A stretch of DNA of 32,000 nucleotides from the NCBI GenBank assembly GCA_030606485.1, contig JAUWGH010000005.1, positions 1 through 32,000 of the forward strand. Reading direction: 5' to 3'. The notes under the pieces are model-generated. The model made no database searches. It saw only the letters and a program-made list of their open reading frames with translations, and was not told where the DNA came from. The position numbers and the translations under genes are program-made. Source of the DNA: Promethearchaeota archaeon. Its GTDB lineage: Archaea; Asgardarchaeota; Lokiarchaeia; Sigyniarchaeales; SOKP01. Shown one piece after another: positions 1 through 8,436 of this stretch (position 1 is the first letter of the stretch; the number at the start of each line of letters is the position of its first letter).

Positions 1-576
1 TTTATATAACTCTTTAATATCATCTCTAATTAATTGATTTGATAAATCTATTATATTCTTGTTGTTATTTCGATTCACTTTACCTTTAAATCTCTCCGTA
101 GCAAAATTATATAAGCTTTCAAAATCCATTTTACTTAAAATGTTACCTCTATAAAACCATAAGGAATTCCAACCTTCATCTTCTTTTAACACATCTTCGA
201 TATCTTTACATCTAAATAAAAATTTAATAACTTCATCATATCGAGTCATTGTTCTGAAGGATCTGGTTGAATGTTCTTCTAAATTAAATAATATATTTAA
301 AATGGTAAGCACAGAATAAGCGATTAATCCGATAAAGATAATCCATTTTCCTTTATCATCCAAAAAACCAAAAAATACAGACGAAATAGCACCTAAAATA
401 ATCATTATCGTGAAATTCATTTCAAGAAATATTTTTTTCTGATTTTCATAATGATCCACTCTACTAACCCCATAAGTAATATAATTTTGTAATCTATTGC
501 TAAGTTTTCTTTTATGTTCAAATACTAAAGATTCAAACATTTCTTTTGGATCTTTATCATTTTGATTTTTATTCAT
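1..576 (-). CDS. Two-TM membrane protein, 3' end runs off the window (not in ORF track)
   Basis: ATG at 576, frame open to position 1 (192 codons): MNKNQNDKDPKEMFESLVFEHKRKL...IFLEMNFTIMIILGAISSVFFGFLDDKGKWIIFIGLIAYSVLTILNILFNLEE... Two hydrophobic helices are joined by a short DDKGK loop. Confidence 0.75.
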   Translation of the reverse strand, partial: MNKNQNDKDPKEMFESLVFEHKRKLSNRLQNYITYGVSRVDHYENQKKIFLEMNFTIMIILGAISSVFFGFLDDKGKWIIFIGLIAYSVLTILNILFNLEEHSTRSFRTMTRYDEVIKFLFRCKDIEDVLKEDEGWNSLWFYRGNILSKMDFESLYNFATERFKGKVNRNNNKNIIDLSNQLIRDDIKELYK

Positions 577-603
577 AATAGAAGATCAGATTTTTGATAA
601 TTT

Positions 604-789
604 TCAAAAATTTTCCAATTTATTTTCTAAAATTCCTATTAATTTTTCAAAGTTACTTACAATTTCTTTTACACAATTTGGACATTGCATAAATAACTTA
701 TTTTTCTTAAATTCTTTTGGTTTAATTATTTTCCAAATTAACCTTCTTTTATCTCATTTAACTCTTAATTTTTCCTTCTTAAATTTCAT
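604..789 (-). pseudogene. Possible small pseudogene with CPNC motif and an in-frame TGA
   Basis: MKFKKEKLRVK*DKRRLIWKIIKPKEFKKNKLFMQCPNCVKEIVSNFEKLIGILENKLENF*. The TGA is codon 12 (754-756). Co-oriented with and just upstream of the 1..576 gene. Confidence 0.25.
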
Positions 790-1246
790 TTTCTTTAATT
801 TTGCTTTATTAATAAATACTAATATTTTGTTAGATTATAATTTATCTTTTAGTTGAAGAATGAAATTTTTTGAAAATATATAAAATCTCTATATCAAAAA
901 AATCATAAAATTTAATACAGAATTATCCGATTGAAAATTGATATTATAAGGACAAAAATCTTAAATTTCCTAAGATATCTTAGAACTTTTCATATAAAAA
1001 TCAATTTTTCACAAACTTTTTTATCCTGCATAAATTTTAAGATCTCAAATAAAAAAATTTAATCTTGTACCAAGAGATATAAAAAAATATTACCCCAGTA
1101 ATAATTTTATAATTAAACAAATAATTAAACAAAGAGACTAAATTATTCTCGGTTAAGGAAAATTCAGTTAAGCTTATTCGATTCGAGCATCTTCCAATCT
1201 CAATTTAAGATATAGAATTCAATAAAATTAGCAATTTAGAAGCTTT

Positions 1247-1468
1247 TTGTTTGTGGGAAAATTATTTGTTATAATAATTAATACTAAAAACTATACTATT
1301 ACCAATTACCCTGGTGAAATATACAAAAATATTTTAAATTATTTGAATTCTTGCGAAAAACTTGTTAAAATTAAAGAACTTTCAGAAATGATTACAAAGT
1401 TTCAAAAGGCAAGTGATCACTTAAAAAATTCTAATTGGGAGAGCCTTTTTGGAAATGGAAGAATATGA
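1247..1468 (+). CDS. Doubtful short hypothetical ORF or gene relic
   Basis: 73 aa, TTG start, no motif recognised; converges on the RNase III gene without overlap. Confidence 0.25.
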   Translation: MFVGKLFVIIINTKNYTITNYPGEIYKNILNYLNSCEKLVKIKELSEMITKFQKASDHLKNSNWESLFGNGRI

Positions 1469-1483
1469 ATTTTTTTTATACCT

Positions 1484-2170
1484 TTACTGCATTAGTGGTA
1501 CAATCCGAAGTAAGACCGTGAAACCCAATTCAAGATAAATAACTCCCAGAATTGATTCAACTAAGGTGCCTTTTTCATGCGTGATGGTTTCAGGTTTAAT
1601 GTCATATTTAGTAGTGGTCTTTAACCGATTAAGCCTGCAACTATATAATCCCCATTCATCACAGTATTTTGCCAAATTTTGATTAGAAGCAACTTCCTTT
1701 CGCTTTTCAGTAAGCCTCCCCGTTTTTGACAAGGAAGAATCCCATATTAGTTGAATAATAGCTAAATCAAGAGCAGCATCTCCTACCAGAGCGAGAACCT
1801 CTGCGGCATCACCAGAACTCGCTAATTCTACCAATTCTTCTTCATTCAGAGGGCGATTAGGATCATCTTTAAAATATGTGTTCAAATCCTTAAAAATATT
1901 CCTGATGCTCGGTCGTGAAAGGGCAAACATTATTAATTCAGGAGTAGTGAATTGCAACCTGAACGATTCTTCCAATTTAGGTATGATGATCCTATCTATT
2001 TTTTCCATTTGCTCCAGAAGATGATTTAATTCGTTTAAATATCCCTGTAATTTATCATGAATCTTCGTGTGATCATCAGGGAAGGAACTTTTCTCCTTTT
2101 GCATATAATCTCTAAGTATTTGAGTTTTCTTTACTAATCCAATTGCATTCCATTTTAGTTTTTCTTGCAT
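1484..2170 (-). CDS. Ribonuclease III catalytic-domain protein without dsRBD (Mini-III-like active site)
   Basis: LEESFRLQFTTPELIMFALSRPS resembles LExxLGYxFxxxxLLxxALTHxS; EVLALVGDAALDL resembles ERLEFLGD; ASNQNLA resembles vsNxxLa; GTLVESILGVIYLE resembles DxxEAxxGAxxlD. The protein ends shortly afterwards, so there is no dsRBD. Confidence 0.85.
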   Translation of the reverse strand: MQEKLKWNAIGLVKKTQILRDYMQKEKSSFPDDHTKIHDKLQGYLNELNHLLEQMEKIDRIIIPKLEESFRLQFTTPELIMFALSRPSIRNIFKDLNTYFKDDPNRPLNEEELVELASSGDAAEVLALVGDAALDLAIIQLIWDSSLSKTGRLTEKRKEVASNQNLAKYCDEWGLYSCRLNRLKTTTKYDIKPETITHEKGTLVESILGVIYLELGFTVLLRIVPLMQ

Positions 2171-2229
2171 GAAAATACCAGGATTCCGTTTTGATAATAA
2201 TATGAAAAATCAGTAATAAATATACTTAT

Positions 2230-2297
2230 TACATCTTATAGAGATTTTATGAGAGATTTCACTCAATGTAGAGATAATCTCTACATCTTATAGAGAT
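2230..2297. promoter_or_regulatory. Repeat/palindrome cluster upstream of the RNase III gene (candidate operator array or structured RNA)
   Basis: 16-bp direct repeat TACATCTTATAGAGAT at 2230-2245 and 2282-2297. Perfect 10-bp inverted repeat ATGTAGAGAT-A-ATCTCTACAT at 2266-2286. TAGAGAT occurs at 2239, 2269 and 2291, and GAGAGAT at 2251. Confidence 0.55.
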
Positions 2298-2441
2298 AAT
2301 ATATGCCTTATTACACATTATACTATTGGAAATCCCTTTTTTCAACCACCTATTACCACACCCCTTTCTATAATAGAAGATGATATGCTTGATCTTAGGG
2401 TAATTTGATCATTTCCAAATAACAATAAATAAAAATAATGA

Positions 2442-2810
2442 TTATTTGAATATATCCCAGAACTCTTCAGGTATTTGATAACTTCCTGGAAAAAATTTTA
2501 TAACATCTTCTGGTTTCCATTTAGATCCTGCGTAAAATAATCCAGTCAATTTTTTCAAGTATTTGGCAGAATGTTGGTGCATGAAAGCAGCTGGATTAAT
2601 TCCAGAGCATTTTCTAGTGTGCCTCCTTAACATGTAGGCAATTGCATCGGCTATCTGCACACCTTTATGGATTTTAGAATCACCAATAAATGGGGTTTCA
2701 ATGACATTCTCAGGAATGTCACTCCCTCCAGTCCCATATAACATATATTCTTCAATCTCCTTTCTACGTTTATTATCATCTGCATTCCCCTCAGTATTCA
2801 TCACGATCAA
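2442..2810 (-). pseudogene. DUF3800 family protein, C-terminal half only (5'-truncated)
   Basis: Collinear with the C-half of 9520..10341 (TPFI, GVQIADA, NPxAFxHQxS, IKFFP, FWxIF). The N-terminal YIDESG motif is absent and the upstream frames are closed. Confidence 0.8.
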
Positions 2811-3373
2811 GACGAATTTTTTAAAAAATCGTGAATGAGTTAAAAATCACAGCCGATAAAGGAAACCAAAAGGATTAAAACTATAAGGATTCGTAGGAAA
2901 TTACCTTACAAAAGTTATCTGATCCACAACCGTCCCAACCTTGAATAGTATCTTGGTTTTTAAGTCTAATAGAAATATCTCTTTCGATCGGATTAAGATT
3001 CTGAAGGTTTTTTTTAAACATCATTTTTTCAAAATTGCAGAAAAAAGGAAGAAATTTTTTGAAGATTTACCTAAAAAATTGGAAGAGAGCAATATCAAAT
3101 CATTTTACTATTTCCTGAATTTAATTCCAATATTAGTTGTGCAGAAGGGAAGAAAAAAAGATTAAAAAGGGGAGAAGGTGAGAACATTTTAATACGAATA
3201 TTTAAATAAAAAAAACCAATTTACATTTGTGTTTAAAGATTTTTAACATAAATTAGAAAAATCAAATTGATTAAAGAAAATCCAGAAAGTGATTAAATAT
3301 AGGCATAAAAAAGATAATTATTGTAATTACTTGCATATTTATAATCACATTATTAGGGATTTTTATAATATTT

Positions 3374-4201
3374 ATGATACCGGGACCTTCTGATGAAGGA
3401 TATAGATTTCCTTTGAAAGCAGGAAGTGGTACATATCTCAGTGTAAAGATTTATAATGACGACATGTGGGATAACATTATGGGTCAAGATATTAATCCCA
3501 ATGATATCTTTGGAGGAGAAGCTGATAAAGTTAATTCTACTTGTAAATATATAATAAAAAGCTGGGTTAATAATACATTAGATATATTTGATATAGTTGA
3601 AATATTAGTAGGTAAAACATACGATGAGATAGAAAAAATTAATTATAGGGATACTTTTGATTTAAAAGGTGAATGGGATGTATGGATGGTTACTAAAGAT
3701 TTATGGGACTACACTACCGATAATTTAACTACAAATCCAGATAAAGAGGCTGAAAAATTTCCAATTTTTATAGATCCAGAAGATTTCTCGGATATTCTGA
3801 AAGAATTTGAAAACCTTAATGATGCATATAACGCAAAATTATTTGTATATCAAATGGTTATGAAAGGGATACCAATTGGGTGCCCAATTAATAAATATCT
3901 GGAAACGATGGTCAATGAACTTGATTCAAATGATATTGAATTATTAATTAATGAACAAACAGATGATGTTCTAGGATTGATTATATCAGATAGAAAGGTA
4001 GAGCCATACTACATTAAAGCATTTTATGATGATGATGGAATGCTCTTTAAGTTAACATTTGAAGATGAGAATTTTAATGTTTTTTATCAACAAAGTATTC
4101 CTTTATACTTAATATTTGGTTATGAAACATCTTTTTTATTGATTTTCTCGATTATCTCTATTCTTGGAATTATTTATATTATATATAAAAAAAAAAAATA
4201 A
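3374..4201 (+). CDS. Membrane-anchored extracellular protein (C-terminal TM + KKKK); true start probably upstream
   Basis: Acidic ectodomain, C-terminal hydrophobic helix and basic tail. The frame is open back to 3293 and encodes a hydrophobic IKKIIIVITCIFIITLLGIFIIF segment before the annotated Met. Confidence 0.85.
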   Translation: MIPGPSDEGYRFPLKAGSGTYLSVKIYNDDMWDNIMGQDINPNDIFGGEADKVNSTCKYIIKSWVNNTLDIFDIVEILVGKTYDEIEKINYRDTFDLKGEWDVWMVTKDLWDYTTDNLTTNPDKEAEKFPIFIDPEDFSDILKEFENLNDAYNAKLFVYQMVMKGIPIGCPINKYLETMVNELDSNDIELLINEQTDDVLGLIISDRKVEPYYIKAFYDDDGMLFKLTFEDENFNVFYQQSIPLYLIFGYETSFLLIFSIISILGIIYIIYKKKK

Positions 4202-4213
4202 ATTCAAATACCT

Positions 4214-5050
4214 ATGATTTATAGAGACCAAAAATTAAATAAACGTCTTATTATAATAAGTTCAATTCTAATTCCATTCGTGACCTTATTTTCTACTTTA
4301 ATAAATTGGCAACTGGGAGAAGGACAACGGTATGTTCAGGAATTAAGAGAAAAGATCGATAATTGTGAAAAATTGAACTGGGATTCTTCCTACGTACATT
4401 ATAACTTAGAATCATTGGATTGGTACGTAGCGTCGATAGTCGCTGATAATTTAATGACTGAAAATGAAGCAAACAATACCATAAACAAATTTATTTTGGA
4501 AAATTTAAAAAAGGTTCTTGAAATTGAAGGTAAGAGTGAAATAGATGAATTTGAAATTTTTAAAGATAAACCTGAATTAATTAACAAATTTTATATTATT
4601 GATCTCTATGATGAAGATCATTTCTCATACACTTATACATATAACTTATTATTAGAGAGATATGGCGAGAATAATGAACTTTTTTTATTGATGTTTAATA
4701 TCAGGTTGATGACTGATTTGGTTGATGAAGTAGAATTTTACAATGTTAAACTATTAGAAATTTCTGCGACGATGTTAATTTTAACAATAGCACTATTAGC
4801 ATCTATAATAGCATTATTAAGTACAGAAGAAGAACCGTCAAAAAACAAAGAACAGAGAAAAGAAAACAATTTTCGCCGAATTTTGTCCCTTATTCTTTTC
4901 GTTATGAGCTTATGCTTTATTTTAATAAGTCTTTATTTATCAAATTTACTAATAGTTTTAATTATTTTTATAATTGCACTAATTATTCTTATGGGTATAC
5001 CAAAAGCTGCCCAAATGAGAAAGAATAAAAATAAGCATACAAAAAGTTAA
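4214..5050 (+). CDS. Multi-pass membrane protein, unknown function
   Basis: 278 aa with one N-terminal TM, a soluble domain and about 3 C-terminal TMs; 12 bp downstream of the previous gene (likely operon). Confidence 0.8.
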   Translation: MIYRDQKLNKRLIIISSILIPFVTLFSTLINWQLGEGQRYVQELREKIDNCEKLNWDSSYVHYNLESLDWYVASIVADNLMTENEANNTINKFILENLKKVLEIEGKSEIDEFEIFKDKPELINKFYIIDLYDEDHFSYTYTYNLLLERYGENNELFLLMFNIRLMTDLVDEVEFYNVKLLEISATMLILTIALLASIIALLSTEEEPSKNKEQRKENNFRRILSLILFVMSLCFILISLYLSNLLIVLIIFIIALIILMGIPKAAQMRKNKNKHTKS

Positions 5051-5061
5051 AATCTTTACAC

Positions 5062-5241
5062 GAGATAAAGAACGGGAAATCAATTGAAGATCTTCAATCA
5101 GAGTATAACATATCATATAGCACTCTTAATAGACGTATAAAAAAGATACTCGGAAAATTTGGGGTGTATCGCTATACAGACGCGAGAAAATTCCTACAAG
5201 ATAAAGATATCGATGAAATAATGGAGGAAATCAACAAATAG
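5062..5241 (+). pseudogene. 3' remnant of a helix-turn-helix protein gene (no start codon)
   Basis: Translates EIKNGKSIEDLQSEYNISYSTLNRRIKKILGKFGVYRYTDARKFLQDKDIDEIMEEINK*. GKSIEDLQSEYNISYSTLNRRIKK is a typical HTH pattern. The frame is closed by TAA at 5032-5034 with no ATG/GTG/TTG before the HTH. Confidence 0.6.
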
Positions 5242-5559
5242 GTATTATTCAATTTCGGATTTGAAAGATAAGATAATTGAAAAAAGAGGAGAACAAGTAT
5301 TTAATCTGATTTTTGAAGATTTGGGCAGAAATCGTTATTTTATTAATATAAATATCATCCTAACATTAGATTTTTAGATTTGGTATTATGCAATAAAACT
5401 TGCTTTATTATTGATGTATTTGATTTTTGTGATAAAACCAGTAGATCCTTGGGAAGAAAAAAAAAAATGTAAATGCGATTGGCAGAGGATAACTAACTCG
5501 TTTTCTTTAAACTCTCACATTGATGGATAAAATAAATCTAAGTTTCCTTAATCTTTTTC

Positions 5560-6996
5560 TTACTTCAGAATAATATCACTATTTTCAAAGAAATAATATT
5601 TATCTTCAAAAGATCTTAGAATTTCAGGTTCTCCAAGTTTTAATACGATTAATTTCTTCAGAGTACGATTTAGTAATGATTTTATCATGGTTATTATCGA
5701 TTCTTCATTTTTGAAATGATACTTTTCTTTTAATTTATGAATATTTTTCTTCCAATTTCCACCATGTATAATCTTGCTTCTAAGAGTGTAAAGGTCTTTT
5801 ATTATATTATTAATTTTTTTGAATTCATCCCAATCTGATGATATGAATAAAGCTCCATTTAAACTTAGGCGAAATTTTAATTCAGTTAAAATTTTTCTTG
5901 TAAAAAGTAGTTCAAAAATTATAAAAGCATCTAAAACTATATCGGGAAAATAATCTCTATTATGGACTTGATGATAACGATATGTTAGAATTTCAAATTG
6001 ATTATCTAAGAATATCCTACTTTTTTGAACTTTAGAATAGAGTTTAATCACTTTATTTATATCTATTTCATCTAAATGTACAATCCTTCTAATTAATTTT
6101 TTAAATCTATCAAATTTATGAATATTAGGAATGAACCACCAAGGATATTCGACTATAAAACCCTCATATTTGAAATCCTTTTCAAGAAGGTACATTGTTT
6201 GAATCATTTCATTGAATTTTTTCATTTTACTTCTGAATTCTTGTTGTAATAACACAAAATCGTTATCATCCAATTGAAATCGTTCACTCAGCTTAAATGA
6301 AATATTAGTATTATAAATTAAGTAGACTCTCATAGGACTTACTTCATTTGAATTAATTCTTTTATCAAATGGAAAATAAGAGAGAATATAGTTTTTATAA
6401 ATACGTTTAGCATTTGGTAATTTTTCGATTTTCAAATGAGGTCTACCAGAAATTAAAAAGAATTTATCATCAATTTGATAAATCCCAATTTTAGCAAAAA
6501 TAGGAAGATAACTAATTATTTTTATTGGTATTTTTGATGTTTCAAGAGATTTTTGCCATTGATTTAATAAATTTTTTACTATTAATACTATATCCTTTGA
6601 ATCTAGTAAGAACTGTTTAAAAATTCCATAATATAATAGAAAAAACAAAAATAAAGGTTCAAATGTTGGCTGTCCCCATATATTATTATATAAAAAGAGG
6701 TAGGTTTGAGTAAAATACTGTTCATTACCCGCAACGAATAATCTTTCGAATATTAATAATCTCTCTTTTAGTTCGACTGAAGAACCTTTTTTATTATCCG
6801 AAGAATCTATATTAAAACAATATTTGTTGAGTAATTCTATAAAATAGTCAAAACTAAGAGAAAAAAATGATATTCCTCTGTTAATATATTTGAAAATTTC
6901 TTTCAGATCTTCTTCATTGTTTGAAATCCCCTTTTCTAAAGAATGAATGTCATTTTCAATATATTGAACGAAATTTTCAATATCTTCATCAATCAA
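5560..6996 (-). CDS. ApeA-like HEPN domain protein (predicted ribonuclease)
   Basis: C-terminal ELKFRLSLNGALFI...IKDLYTLRSKIIHGG carries the RxxxxH HEPN motif in the LYxxRSxxxHG context typical of ApeA-like HEPNs; about 330-aa N-terminal region. Confidence 0.8.
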   Translation of the reverse strand: MIDEDIENFVQYIENDIHSLEKGISNNEEDLKEIFKYINRGISFFSLSFDYFIELLNKYCFNIDSSDNKKGSSVELKERLLIFERLFVAGNEQYFTQTYLFLYNNIWGQPTFEPLFLFFLLYYGIFKQFLLDSKDIVLIVKNLLNQWQKSLETSKIPIKIISYLPIFAKIGIYQIDDKFFLISGRPHLKIEKLPNAKRIYKNYILSYFPFDKRINSNEVSPMRVYLIYNTNISFKLSERFQLDDNDFVLLQQEFRSKMKKFNEMIQTMYLLEKDFKYEGFIVEYPWWFIPNIHKFDRFKKLIRRIVHLDEIDINKVIKLYSKVQKSRIFLDNQFEILTYRYHQVHNRDYFPDIVLDAFIIFELLFTRKILTELKFRLSLNGALFISSDWDEFKKINNIIKDLYTLRSKIIHGGNWKKNIHKLKEKYHFKNEESIITMIKSLLNRTLKKLIVLKLGEPEILRSFEDKYYFFENSDIILK

Positions 6997-7208
6997 GTTA
7001 AAAAGCCGTTTTAATATTCAATTTTTAGGATTTTATTACTAATTAAATTTTTGAATTCCTTTAATATTGTCCTAATAAAAATTTTATAAATTATAATTTT
7101 AATTTTTTTTATTATTCATATCGATTAATTCTTCTCCATTATACCATAAAACATTCTGCCTTTCGTACATTGCAAATAAACTTCCAAAAACATAAGGTTA
7201 AAAAAATG

Positions 7209-8387
7209 TTAGTCACTTTTATATTTTCCATTTTCATCATAGTTTAAGGAATACGGTTGCCCACAAGCATTCCAGAGAGCATCAAAACAAGGTTTTAATG
7301 CACGATCTATTTCTATATCATAATGTTCAATTTTTATACTTGGTAACATTACATTTTCTCTATCAATTAAATCACTCTTGGCTTTAATTAATTTAAATTG
7401 GAATTCTAAAGGGATATAATAATTCTTTACACTAATGAAAGAGAGAAAAACATAAATTGGAAGTTGAACATTTAATGCCTTCAATGCTTTAAAGTATTTT
7501 TGTATTACATTAATTAGAACTTTTTCTATGTATGTGATATTTAGAATATAATCGGGACCGTTTTTTTTTTCTGTAGGATTAATTAAATAACAATCGACGG
7601 CTTCAATAATACCATTACGATACAATTGCACATAACTATGTGGGTTTGTTTTTTCATCTTCATACCAGTGAATGAATCCATCTAAATTCATTCTCCATTT
7701 CTTATACCCATATCTCTGTATTGGAAAAATATAGCGTTGGAGAATGTCTGAATAAGAATCTAATGGAATATTAAGTGATTGTGTTAAGGAATTTATAGGA
7801 ATCATTTGAAGGACAATTCTTGTTAAATTAGCCACATTTAATTGTGCTTTACCTTCGATAATTTTTGATAATCTTTCCATTCTATAATCTTCTAATTTCT
7901 GGTCAAGTCTATATGATAAATTAAATGCTAATTTTATTTCACTATTTGACATTGGGGTTGAAGTAAATTCAGTACGTATATAATATCTCTTTTTCTTTTT
8001 AGCTTGATGTAATATTGGGTATTTTCTGGGAATATATACTATAAAAACTTGTCCCTTAGTACTATTTATATTTACATCTACAGGGAGAATTCTAACCTCT
8101 AAAGGAGGATCAATCCCATTTTTAGAAATTTGGTCTATCCTTTCTCGTATATCTTTTTCATTTATAGGAATAATTTCTTTAGGTTTATGATCTTCTTCTT
8201 TAATTCCATAAATAATATTCCCGCCATCTCCATTAGCAAATGAAGAAATATCTTTTGCAACTTCTGCATTATTATGAACCACCTTTTCTTTATAATCTAA
8301 ATGTAGATTTTCTTCTATTCCATTCTTAATTAAAGATTCTAAAAACTCTTGATTAATTTCATTGAATTTTTCAGGTGTAATTAACAT
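7209..8387 (-). CDS. Schlafen / AlbA_2-domain protein with C-terminal domain of unknown function
   Basis: N-terminal EENLHLDYKE...AKDISSFANGDGGNIIYGIKE is the AlbA_2/Schlafen signature (ExxxxDxK, SFANxxGGxxxxG). Confidence 0.9.
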   Translation of the reverse strand: MLITPEKFNEINQEFLESLIKNGIEENLHLDYKEKVVHNNAEVAKDISSFANGDGGNIIYGIKEEDHKPKEIIPINEKDIRERIDQISKNGIDPPLEVRILPVDVNINSTKGQVFIVYIPRKYPILHQAKKKKRYYIRTEFTSTPMSNSEIKLAFNLSYRLDQKLEDYRMERLSKIIEGKAQLNVANLTRIVLQMIPINSLTQSLNIPLDSYSDILQRYIFPIQRYGYKKWRMNLDGFIHWYEDEKTNPHSYVQLYRNGIIEAVDCYLINPTEKKNGPDYILNITYIEKVLINVIQKYFKALKALNVQLPIYVFLSFISVKNYYIPLEFQFKLIKAKSDLIDRENVMLPSIKIEHYDIEIDRALKPCFDALWNACGQPYSLNYDENGKYKSD

Positions 8388-8436
8388 TTATACTAACTTA
8401 TAATGATAATCTAATTATTTAATAAAAATAATAAAT

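Noticed and set aside
754-756. In-frame TGA as selenocysteine
   Set aside because: The context is not a redox motif and no SECIS-like hairpin is evident; a nonsense mutation or chance is simpler.
1111-1133. Tandem AATTAAACAAA repeat (2 copies)
   Set aside because: Short, A/T-rich, only two copies; compatible with chance.
2941-3165. Track ORF of 74 aa
   Set aside because: TTG start, low-complexity K/F-rich sequence and no motif; likely spurious.
7095-7195. Possible gene fragment on the minus strand (FGSLFAMYERQNVLWYNGEELIDMNNKKN*)
   Set aside because: About 30 codons with no recognisable motif; insufficient support.
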